A stretch of 21,337 nt of DNA from Candidatus Hodarchaeota archaeon (GCA_048887225.1 JBHLJY010000031.1:1-21337), one strand, 5' to 3'. Shown: positions 8,790-17,090, counted from the stretch's first letter. Notes: a model not told the origin generated them from the letters alone. Numbers and translations: made by a program.

Positions 8790-11486
8790 ATGACAACCAC
8801 CGAAGGGAAGAAATATATCTATAATTTTAAAGAAGGAAATAAAGAATTAAAAATGGTTCTTGGTGGAAAAGGAGCAAACCTTGCTGAAATGACAAATTTA
8901 GGTCTTAATATTCCACAAGGATTTACTATAACAACTGAAAGTTGCTTAAAATATTTTAAAGAACCTGAAAAAACAATGAAAGAATTAAAACCTGTTGTAA
9001 TGCAATACTTGAAAGAACTCGAAAATATAACAAGTAAAGAATTTGGTAAAGAAAAAAATCCATTATTAATAAGCGTAAGAAGTGGCGCTCCAATGTCTAT
9101 GCCTGGTATGATGGACACAGTTTTAAACTTGGGACTTAACGATCAATCTGTTATTGGCGTTGCAACTCAAACAGAAAACCCTCGATTTGCTTATGATTCA
9201 TATAGACGATTTATACAAATGTTCGGCGATGTTGTAATGGGTATCGGTGATGAAAAATTTGAAAGAATTTTAAATAAATACAAAAGAATGAAAGGAAGAT
9301 CGGCTCAAGATACTGATCTGGAAGTTATTGAATTACAGAAAATAATTTCTGATTACAAAGCTTTATATAAAAAAGAGATTAGAGAGGATTTTCCTCAAGA
9401 TCCTTTTAACCAATTGTTTTTGGCTATCGAAGCAGTGTTTAAATCATGGAATAATAGACGGGCAATTACTTATAGAAAAATTAATAATATTCCTAATTTT
9501 GGAACAGCTGTTAACATTCAAGCTATGGTCTTTGGGAATAAAGGATGGAATTCTGCTACAGGTGTCGCCTTTTCTAGAGATCCTTCAACAGGGGAGAATG
9601 AGCCATTTGGTGAGTATTTAACAAATGCTCAGGGTGAAGATGTAGTGGCTGGTATAAGGACTCCAAAAACATTGAAAAAAATGAAAAAAGAATTTCCTGA
9701 ACTCTACGAACAATTAATAGAAACATTGGAGAGATTAGAGAAGCATTATAAAGATATGCAAGACATTGAATTTACAATTGAAGATGGACGATTATTTATT
9801 CTACAGACTAGAGATGGAAAGCGAACTCCCTCTGCAGGAGTCAAAATTGCTGTTGATATGTTTAACGAAGGATTAATGAATAAAGAAGAAGCGATTATGA
9901 GTGTAGATCCTAAAAAAATTTCCAAACTTCTGTTTAAAAGCATAGATGAGAATGCTTTCGTACGTGTTTTAGCTCATGGTATTAACGCATCTCCAGGAGC
10001 CGTTTCTGGAATTGCTATTTTTGACGCAGATACTGCAGAAGAATTAGCCAATCAAGAACAAAAGGAAATAATTTTAGTAAGACCTCAAACTAAACCTGAT
10101 GATGTTCACGGATTATATGCTGCTAATGGAGTCCTTACTCAATTTGGAGGAAAGACCTCTCATGCGGCAGTTGTTGCTAGAGGGATGGGAAAACCTGCTG
10201 TTGTTGGTGCTCAAGATATTGAAATAGATGAAAAGAATAGAGAATTTAAAGTTGCTGATATGACAATTCGGGAAGGTGATTATATAACTATTGACGGGAC
10301 TACGGGTAGGATTATTGAGGGAAAAGTACCCTTGGTTGAGCCAGAAATAAAAGGAGAATTTTTAGCATTATTAAAAATGGCAGATGATGTAAAAAAATTA
10401 GGAGTTCGTGCCAATGCAGATACTCCATTAGACGCTCAAAAAGCTCTTGAATTTGGAGCAGAAGGGATAGGACTTTGTCGAACGGAACATATGTTTATGG
10501 CAACAGAGAGATTACCTGTTGTACAGAAGATGATAATGGCAAGAACGACAGAAGAACGTCAAGACATGTTAAATAAATTATTACCAATGCAAAGAGGAGA
10601 TTTCTACGAAATTTTCAAGATAATGGAAGGAAAACCTGTAACTATTCGATTATTAGATCCACCACTTCATGAATTTTTACCAGAATTGGCTGTTGTTTTA
10701 CTAGAGAGCCAAGAATTAAAAATGACGAATGCTCTCTCAAGATCTTTATTAAATATTACCCCTTTAGATAGAGAAATTACAGATAAAAATAAAGTTATTA
10801 GTTTAATAAGATCTTTATCTGAAGAGAATCCTATGATGGGTCTCCGTGGTTGTCGTTTAGGAATTGTTTGGCCAGAAATAAATGAAATGCAGGTTAGAGC
10901 TATTTTTGAATCTGCATGTCAATTAAAAATGGAAGGGATTGATATAATACCCGAAATAATGATACCATTAGTAGGAATGATTTCTGAACTAAAACTTGTT
11001 AAAGATCAATTAGTAAATGTTGCAGAAGAAATTATCAAAAGCCACAATGTTGAATTAGATTATAAATTTGGAACAATGATCGAAATTCCCAGAGCGGCTT
11101 TAACAGCGGACGAAATCGCGAGTGAAGCAGAATTTTTCTCATTTGGAACTAACGATTTAACACAGATGACTTATGGTTTTTCGAGAGATGATGCAGAAAG
11201 CAAATTTTTACCAATTTATTTGAATAAAGAGATTTTGACTGATAATCCTTTTGAAAAACTAGATCAAAGAGGAGTTGGAAAGCTAATGAAAATGGCCATA
11301 AAATTGGGAAGAAGTACTCGACCTGATCTTAAATGTGGATTATGTGGCGAGCATGGAGGTGAGCCAAATTCAATAGAATTTTCACATTCAATCGGATTGG
11401 ATTATGTTTCTTGTTCACCCTTTAGGATCCCCGTTGCGAGAATCGCCGCAGCTCAAGCTGTAATTAATGAGAGAAATAAGGAATAA
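8790..11486 (+). CDS. ppdK: pyruvate, phosphate dikinase
   Basis: GGKGANLAEM; SVRSGAPMSMPGMMDT; GEDVVAGIRTP; phospho-His motif GGKTSHAAVVARG; GIGLCRTEHMF; FFSFGTNDLTQ; CGEHGG. Start ATG 8790 is preferred over GTG 8760 because of the SD at 8781-8785. Confidence 0.97.
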   Translation: MTTTEGKKYIYNFKEGNKELKMVLGGKGANLAEMTNLGLNIPQGFTITTESCLKYFKEPEKTMKELKPVVMQYLKELENITSKEFGKEKNPLLISVRSGAPMSMPGMMDTVLNLGLNDQSVIGVATQTENPRFAYDSYRRFIQMFGDVVMGIGDEKFERILNKYKRMKGRSAQDTDLEVIELQKIISDYKALYKKEIREDFPQDPFNQLFLAIEAVFKSWNNRRAITYRKINNIPNFGTAVNIQAMVFGNKGWNSATGVAFSRDPSTGENEPFGEYLTNAQGEDVVAGIRTPKTLKKMKKEFPELYEQLIETLERLEKHYKDMQDIEFTIEDGRLFILQTRDGKRTPSAGVKIAVDMFNEGLMNKEEAIMSVDPKKISKLLFKSIDENAFVRVLAHGINASPGAVSGIAIFDADTAEELANQEQKEIILVRPQTKPDDVHGLYAANGVLTQFGGKTSHAAVVARGMGKPAVVGAQDIEIDEKNREFKVADMTIREGDYITIDGTTGRIIEGKVPLVEPEIKGEFLALLKMADDVKKLGVRANADTPLDAQKALEFGAEGIGLCRTEHMFMATERLPVVQKMIMARTTEERQDMLNKLLPMQRGDFYEIFKIMEGKPVTIRLLDPPLHEFLPELAVVLLESQELKMTNALSRSLLNITPLDREITDKNKVISLIRSLSEENPMMGLRGCRLGIVWPEINEMQVRAIFESACQLKMEGIDIIPEIMIPLVGMISELKLVKDQLVNVAEEIIKSHNVELDYKFGTMIEIPRAALTADEIASEAEFFSFGTNDLTQMTYGFSRDDAESKFLPIYLNKEILTDNPFEKLDQRGVGKLMKMAIKLGRSTRPDLKCGLCGEHGGEPNSIEFSHSIGLDYVSCSPFRIPVARIAAAQAVINERNKE

Positions 11487-11643
11487 ATAATTCTTTTCTT
11501 AATATTTTTATATCATATAATTTCCATTAAATAAAAATATCCGCTTTAAATTTTTTCTATAAATTTGATAAGAAATTAAAATCCATAAATGTTTTATCAA
11601 TGCGTTTATTTACTAAATTATAAATTATTGAGTGGAAAATTGA

Positions 11644-12747
11644 ATGCCGTTAACTTTGGACGAAAAAATTTCTTTAATTAAAGAGGTTGGAGAAGAAATT
11701 ATTAACGAAAAGGAATTGCGAGAAATGCTCGAATGGAAGATACAGCATAATAAAGAAATCATTGCTTATGATGGATTTGAACCTTCTGGAGGGATACATA
11801 TTGCTCAAGGTCTTTTAAGAGCAATTAATGTAAACAAATTAACAAAATGTGGTATTAAATTTATCTTTTTAGTTGCTGATTGGCATGCTGCTGCCAACCA
11901 AAAATTCGGAGGGAATTTAGAGGTCATAAAACAAGTAGGAGATTTTTTCATTGAACTTTGGAAAGTATGCGGAATGGATTTAAACAATGTAGAATTTAGG
12001 TATGCTTCTGATATAGTGAGAGACCCAAAATATTGGGAATTAGTTTTAAAGATTTCTATCAATTCAACTTTGAAAAGAATAAAAAGATGTACCCAAATTA
12101 TGGGTAGAAGTGAGTCTGAAAAATTATATTCATCCCAAATTCTTTATCCTTTAATGCAAACAGCAGATATTTTTTATCTTCCCGCTGATATATGTCAACT
12201 CGGCTTAGATCAGAGAAAAGTAAATATGCTTGCAAGAGATATCGCCAAAAAATTAAATAGACCAAAACCAGTAGCAGTCCATCATCATATGCTTATGGGC
12301 TTGACAAAACCCCCTGAAACTGATTTAATTGGAGTAGAAAGGGTAATACATCTTAAAATGTCAAAATCTAGCCCTGATTCGGCTATTTTTATGTTGGATT
12401 CTCCGGATGATGTTAAGCACAAAATAAATAAGGCTTATTGTCCTTCAAAACAGATTATTGAAAATCCGGTATTAGAATATTGTAAATACATCATTTTCGA
12501 GCTAATTGATAATTTTCACATTGAGAGACTAAAAAAGTATGGTGGAGATGTAGACTATCTTGCATATGAAGATCTAGAAAAAGATTTTGCGGAAGGTAAA
12601 TTGAATCCACCAGATTTAAAACCCGCTGTTATTAAATATTTAAATCAGCTGCTAGAGCCTATTAGAACTCATTTTAAAAAAGACAAAAAGGCCAAAGAAT
12701 TAGCTTTATTTGTCCAAAAAGAATATAAAAAATTTAAATCAAAATGA
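11644..12747 (+). CDS. tyrS: tyrosine--tRNA ligase, archaeal/eukaryotic type
   Basis: YDGFEPSG; HIGH variant HIAQ; ADWHA; YPLMQTAD; LGLDQRK; KMSKS; KINKAYCP; P.DLK. Confidence 0.95.
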   Translation: MPLTLDEKISLIKEVGEEIINEKELREMLEWKIQHNKEIIAYDGFEPSGGIHIAQGLLRAINVNKLTKCGIKFIFLVADWHAAANQKFGGNLEVIKQVGDFFIELWKVCGMDLNNVEFRYASDIVRDPKYWELVLKISINSTLKRIKRCTQIMGRSESEKLYSSQILYPLMQTADIFYLPADICQLGLDQRKVNMLARDIAKKLNRPKPVAVHHHMLMGLTKPPETDLIGVERVIHLKMSKSSPDSAIFMLDSPDDVKHKINKAYCPSKQIIENPVLEYCKYIIFELIDNFHIERLKKYGGDVDYLAYEDLEKDFAEGKLNPPDLKPAVIKYLNQLLEPIRTHFKKDKKAKELALFVQKEYKKFKSK

Positions 12748-12760
12748 AAATAATTAAATA

Positions 12761-13390
12761 ATGGCTAAATATTTAGCAATAGGAGATTCACATATTCCGC
12801 GGAGAGCTAAAAGCATTCCAGAAAAGATAATAACGAAATTAAAAGAATTAACAAAAAATGAGCTTTTTGATTACACATTCTTTACGGGAGATATAATAAA
12901 TGCTCCAGAATTCATTGATTTTTTAACCCAAAGAACAAAAAAAAAGTTCTTTATTGTCATTGGAAATATGGATTTTTATGGTGGGAATAAAAATGCTCCA
13001 GTTTATGAAGAGTGTGAAATCCTTTTTAATGATGGCGAAAAAATGACGATTGGTTTAACTCATGGCGCACAAATAAGTCCACGAGGAGATCATTCACAGC
13101 TAGAGGAAATTGCTATTGAAAGAAAATATAATATCATAATATCGAGCCATTCTCATCAAGAAGAAATATTCCTTACTAAACGAAAAATCCTTCTAATAAA
13201 TCCAGGAAGCATTACAGGAGCTTGGTCTTTCGTTGCTAGTGGCATTCATTCCTTTATTGTATTAAAAATAATTGAAAAAATAAAAGAAATACAGGTAAAA
13301 TTATACCAATTAAAAAAGAGCTCTAATGATCTTTCTGAATTAAAATCTTATTTTATTTTCAAAAATAATAGAATAAATTACAAATTTTAA
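12761..13390 (+). CDS. metallophosphoesterase, MJ0936/YfcE/Vps29 family (Vps29-like)
   Basis: GDSHIP, TGD, GNMD, THG, HSH and INPGS motifs. Starts 13 nt after the tyrS stop. Confidence 0.9.
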   Translation: MAKYLAIGDSHIPRRAKSIPEKIITKLKELTKNELFDYTFFTGDIINAPEFIDFLTQRTKKKFFIVIGNMDFYGGNKNAPVYEECEILFNDGEKMTIGLTHGAQISPRGDHSQLEEIAIERKYNIIISSHSHQEEIFLTKRKILLINPGSITGAWSFVASGIHSFIVLKIIEKIKEIQVKLYQLKKSSNDLSELKSYFIFKNNRINYKF

Positions 13391-13447
13391 CGAAATTGAG
13401 TAAAAATAATAATTGTATAGTCTAAATTTGTCAATTGTTTCATTTGG

Positions 13448-13462
13448 GAAAAATATTTATTC
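13448..13462 (+). promoter_or_regulatory. BRE/TATA-like promoter candidate for the aminotransferase
   Basis: gaaaaataTTTATT about 30 nt upstream of ATG 13492. It lies inside the TTG-started extension given in the ORF track, which supports the later start. Confidence 0.4.
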
Positions 13463-13491
13463 TTTGCATTGTTTTATTTTATGATTTGATT

Positions 13492-14613
13492 ATGTCTGAT
13501 ATACATTTCAATAAAAAAGAAGGTTCCAAACTAAAATTATTTACACCTGGACCAGTTTATGTCCCAAAGAGAGTTTTAAATGCTTTAGCATTGCCTAATG
13601 ATACTCATAGGTCAAAACCATATGAAGAAATGCATCAAATGACTATTGAAGGACTTCAAAAAATACTATATACTAAAAATAAGTGTTTAATATTTACATC
13701 ATCAGCTACAGGTATTATGGAAGCGTGCGTAAGGAATTTAATAAAAGATGATGAGAAAGGCCTAATTTTATCAATTGGTGCATTTGGAGATCGTTGGCAT
13801 CAAGTAGGTTTAAAAAATGGCAAAAATGTTGTAAGAGAAAGTGTAGAATGGGGTAAAGCTTTAAAGCCAGAATTCGTCAAAACAGCATTATCTAAAAATA
13901 ATTATTCAGTAGTATATCTACAATCAAATGAAACATCGACGGGGGTTTACAATCCAATGTACGAAATAATCCCTGTTATTAAGGATTCTGGAGCTTTAGT
14001 ATGTGTGGATTCAACTTCTTCAATGGCAGGGATAAAACTTGAAGTAGATAAATTAGGAATAGATGTGTGTTTAGCTTCAGTTCAAAAGTGTTTTGCCTTA
14101 CCACCAGGTTTGGCAGTATGTTCGATATCCGGAGAAGCAATTGAAAAAGCAAGTCAAGTTAATAATAGAGGATTATATTTTGATTTTCTGACGCTAATAA
14201 AAAAGAACAAGGTTAATCAAACACCAACAACCCCTCCAATTCCTCAAATTAGAGGTTTAGTAACACAATTAGATTACATCCTTAATGAGGAAGGTTTAGA
14301 AAAGCGATTTCAGAGACACACACAACTAGGAAAACGAACGAGAATGTGGGCGCGAGATATGAATTTAGAAATGTTTTCTGAAAAGGGATACGAATCAAAT
14401 ACCGTATCGACAATGAAAAATTCATTAGAAATCGATTTTGCTAAAATGATAAATCAAATGTTGTTGAAGGGTTTCCGAATTGTGAATGGATATGGTTCTT
14501 TAGTTAATAAAACATTTAGAATAGGTCACATGGGAGAATTAACATTAAACAATTTAGAAAAGATGCTGAAAATCTTAACCGATGTGATCACAGAGTTAAG
14601 ATTGAGTTCTTAA
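13492..14613 (+). CDS. class V PLP-dependent aminotransferase (serine-pyruvate/alanine-glyoxylate/phosphoserine AT-like)
   Basis: LFTPGP, HRS, SSATG.MEA, NETSTG, VDSTSS, PLP-lysine in SVQKCFALPPGL, QTPTTP and FRIGHMG. ATG 13492 is preferred to TTG 13435. Confidence 0.92.
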   Translation: MSDIHFNKKEGSKLKLFTPGPVYVPKRVLNALALPNDTHRSKPYEEMHQMTIEGLQKILYTKNKCLIFTSSATGIMEACVRNLIKDDEKGLILSIGAFGDRWHQVGLKNGKNVVRESVEWGKALKPEFVKTALSKNNYSVVYLQSNETSTGVYNPMYEIIPVIKDSGALVCVDSTSSMAGIKLEVDKLGIDVCLASVQKCFALPPGLAVCSISGEAIEKASQVNNRGLYFDFLTLIKKNKVNQTPTTPPIPQIRGLVTQLDYILNEEGLEKRFQRHTQLGKRTRMWARDMNLEMFSEKGYESNTVSTMKNSLEIDFAKMINQMLLKGFRIVNGYGSLVNKTFRIGHMGELTLNNLEKMLKILTDVITELRLSS

Positions 14614-14617
14614 AAAA

Positions 14618-14648
14618 GCGGGGGTGGAGTCCTCAAGGATCCTCCTTC
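14618..14648. terminator. GC-rich hairpin between convergent genes (terminator or 3'-stabilising structure)
   Basis: GGGGG-T-GGA-G-TCC [TCAA] GGA-TCC-T-CCTTC folds into an 11-bp stem. The adjacent A6 at 14612-14617 reads as T6 on the minus strand. Confidence 0.5.
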
Positions 14649-14675
14649 TAATTAAATGATAGAAAGAAGTTTTTT

Positions 14676-15095
14676 CTAATGTTTTACTTTATCAAGTTGA
14701 AGGATTGAGGGGATCTTTAATAATTTGCTAAGATTATGCCCAGTAGTCCCTTTTTTAATACGCAATTTCTTATAACCAAATCTATTCATCTCTTTTATCA
14801 TTTTTAGAGTACTATACTCGCCATTACAGAAAAATAATAAGTCTTCTGGAGTAGCAAAGAGAGTTAAATCATAATCTCCTTCAATCTTCCCTCTAGATAA
14901 TACTATATTTCCATCTTTAGCGATTAGATTCATCCAGAAATAGTAATCTTTTTCAATTTGTAATCCAAAATTAATTCGCGCATCGAATTTATTTATATCT
15001 TTTAATTTTTTAGGATCATTTCTCTTATCCTCAATTATGCTATTAATAACGCCATTAAACGTTTCATAGAGATTTTGTTTGGCTTGTTCATCCAT
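14676..15095 (-). CDS. hypothetical protein, probable divergent SCP2-like fold
   Basis: 139-aa ORF. The pattern RINFGLQ..FWMNLIAKDGNIVLSRG..YDLTLFATPEDLLFFCNGEYS resembles the SCP2 beta-strands and the D.t.....ed......G..s motif. Confidence 0.7.
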   Translation of the reverse strand: MDEQAKQNLYETFNGVINSIIEDKRNDPKKLKDINKFDARINFGLQIEKDYYFWMNLIAKDGNIVLSRGKIEGDYDLTLFATPEDLLFFCNGEYSTLKMIKEMNRFGYKKLRIKKGTTGHNLSKLLKIPSILQLDKVKH

Positions 15096-15335
15096 GGTAT
15101 AATTCTCTCATTGAATTCGTTTAATATTATCTAAAAAAAACTACTTTCAAATTATAATTAAAAATTTATGTAATTAAAAATTTGGTCATTCAATAAAAAT
15201 TTAAGTTTTTTTTAAGTCAAAATAAGCTAATCTAATTAAAATATAACATATGTTAAAAATAAATATAACGATATTTTATTTATTTTAAAAAAGCCAAAAT
15301 ATAAAAATAAAAAAAAAATTCTAAAGAAAATAATA

Positions 15336-17090
15336 ATGGAAAAAGAAAGTCCCGAAGCTATAACTCTAGAAGAAGAACTAAAAACAATTGGGATTTTGGA
15401 AAAAGAGATTGGAGGCCCTATCCCTGAACTTACTGAACTCCAATATTATAACTTCGGATATATCATAGAGGAGGATCACATAACTGGTTTAGGACTTTTT
15501 TCTTGCGGTTTAACACATATTCCGAGTTCAATTAAATCCTTAAAATTTCTGAAAGAATTATACTTAAGAGGAAATAATATAGAGAATATTTCTGATGAAT
15601 TATTATTATTGAGTTCCCTTGAAATTTTAGATTTTAGCGAGAATCAATTGTCAGAATTGTCTGTATCAATAGATAATCTAGCATCCCTAAAAGAATTACA
15701 TTTAGAATCGAATGATTTAGTATACTTACCTGATTCTTTGGGATCTCTTTCTTCTCTTGAATTTTTAGATTTAAGTGAGAATAATTTGAACGATCTCCCT
15801 AAAACATTAAATAATTTATCAAACTTGAAAACGTTAGATTTAAGCGGAAATAACCTTGAAAAATTTAGTTCTTCAATCGACTCTCTTTTTTCATTAGAAT
15901 TACTTTATTTGGGGAATAATGAATTAACAACATTACCTGAGTCTATTGGTTCATTAGTCTCACTTAAAAGACTCAATGTAAGAAATAATAAATTAAAATC
16001 AATCTTTAAATCCATAGGTTCATTAAACTCTTTAACAGCTTTGTTTTTAAAAGGAAATAATATTGAAACTTTACCAGAAGCGATAGGTGAATTAAGCAGC
16101 CTTAAATATTTAGGTTTGATGGAAAATAAGCTAAAATCGCTTCCTGAAACGATAGGATCGCTTTCTAGTTTAGAGAATCTAAGTTTATCTTCAAATAATT
16201 TAACTGAATTACCAGAATCAATAGGCAATTTAAAATCTTTAGTAAGGTTAGACGTTCATGGCAATAAAATAAAATCACTTCCAGAATCGATTGGTGGATT
16301 GACTTCACTTAAACGATTAAATTTACAAAGAAATGAGCTAACTCACTTTCCTGAGTCGATAGGAAAAATGAATTCGCTCGAAGAACTAAAAGTTGGGAGA
16401 AATAATTTAGAAACACTTCCAGAATCAATAGGTTTGCTCACTTCACTAAAAGAACTTGATTTATATGATAATTCGTTAAACATGTTGCCTAAATCGATAG
16501 AGGCTCTCTCTTCGTTAGAAATTTTAGATTTAAGTAAAAATAATATTAATAAACTCCCAGAATCAATCGGAAACTTATCTTCTTTAAAAGAGCTTGACTT
16601 ATCTAGCAATAAATTAACCACTCTTGTGCCATCAATAGGACTGCTAAGTCGACTCAAAAATTTAATTTTAGGATTTAATCAATTAGAATCGATTCCTGAT
16701 TCAATTGGTTCTCTCTCAACACTTGAAATTTTAGATTTAGGAAAAAATAATTTAATTGAAATACCTAACTCAATCGGGTCACTTAATTCACTTAAATATC
16801 TGTATTTTTATTATAATAAATTGGAAAAAATTCCAGAATCTATCGGATCACTTCAATCTTTAAAATATTTATATTTAGGCAATAACAACCTAAGAACACT
16901 CCCAGATTCAATTGGCTCTTTATCCTCTCTTAAATATTTATTTTTAAGAACAAATAAATTAATTAAATTGCCAAAATCGGTTGAATCTCTCATATCGCTC
17001 AAATATTTAAATATTCAAAAAAACAATATTACAGAATACATGGAGTCAATAGAAAATTTAGAAAGAAGGGGAGTTAAAGTAATTAGGTAA
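15336..17090 (+). CDS. leucine-rich repeat protein (23 x 23-aa LRRs)
   Basis: Uninterrupted LxxLxLxxNxLxxLPxSIGxLxx repeats from aa ~50 to ~570, with a short N-cap and a C-terminal LERRGVKVIR cap. Confidence 0.95.
   Translation: MEKESPEAITLEEELKTIGILEKEIGGPIPELTELQYYNFGYIIEEDHITGLGLFSCGLTHIPSSIKSLKFLKELYLRGNNIENISDELLLLSSLEILDFSENQLSELSVSIDNLASLKELHLESNDLVYLPDSLGSLSSLEFLDLSENNLNDLPKTLNNLSNLKTLDLSGNNLEKFSSSIDSLFSLELLYLGNNELTTLPESIGSLVSLKRLNVRNNKLKSIFKSIGSLNSLTALFLKGNNIETLPEAIGELSSLKYLGLMENKLKSLPETIGSLSSLENLSLSSNNLTELPESIGNLKSLVRLDVHGNKIKSLPESIGGLTSLKRLNLQRNELTHFPESIGKMNSLEELKVGRNNLETLPESIGLLTSLKELDLYDNSLNMLPKSIEALSSLEILDLSKNNINKLPESIGNLSSLKELDLSSNKLTTLVPSIGLLSRLKNLILGFNQLESIPDSIGSLSTLEILDLGKNNLIEIPNSIGSLNSLKYLYFYYNKLEKIPESIGSLQSLKYLYLGNNNLRTLPDSIGSLSSLKYLFLRTNKLIKLPKSVESLISLKYLNIQKNNITEYMESIENLERRGVKVIR
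15480..17040 (+). repeat. degenerate 69-bp coding tandem repeat (LRR units)
   Basis: Recurrent ccagaatcaatagg/cctgagtcgatagg-like units at 69-nt period, matching the 23-aa LRR period. Confidence 0.8.

Noticed and set aside
10680-10820. Apparent insertion in the PPDK C-terminal domain (possible intein)
   Set aside because: Short helical segment in a region of known length variation among PPDKs, with no intein C/S start or HN end motifs.
13435-13491. Hydrophobic N-terminal extension (signal-peptide-like) on the aminotransferase
   Set aside because: It arises from a TTG start in T-rich intergenic DNA containing a TATA-like motif. Family similarity starts after ATG 13492.
14618-14648. tRNA-Leu-like fragment: begins GCGGGGGTGG and contains CTCAAG
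   Set aside because: No D-arm, T-arm (GTTCRA) or acceptor-stem complement, the anticodon stem does not form correctly, and it is too short.
14618-14655. SECIS/PYLIS-like element (minus strand GAA-GGAG...CTCC-A resembles the archaeal GAA/A motif; upstream gene ends in TAG)
   Set aside because: The lower stem cannot form, there is no AUGA/GA core, neither flanking gene has an in-frame TGA, and TAG read-through hits TAA seven codons later.
15905-16657. Two repetitive minus-strand ORFs (PIDSG repeats)
   Set aside because: Antisense reading of the LPESIG codons of the LRR gene.
15480-17040. CRISPR array or diversity-generating retroelement suggested by the periodic DNA
   Set aside because: The repeats are degenerate, in-frame and coding with 69-nt period. 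There are no identical repeats with unique spacers, no cas or RT gene, and no TR/VR pair.
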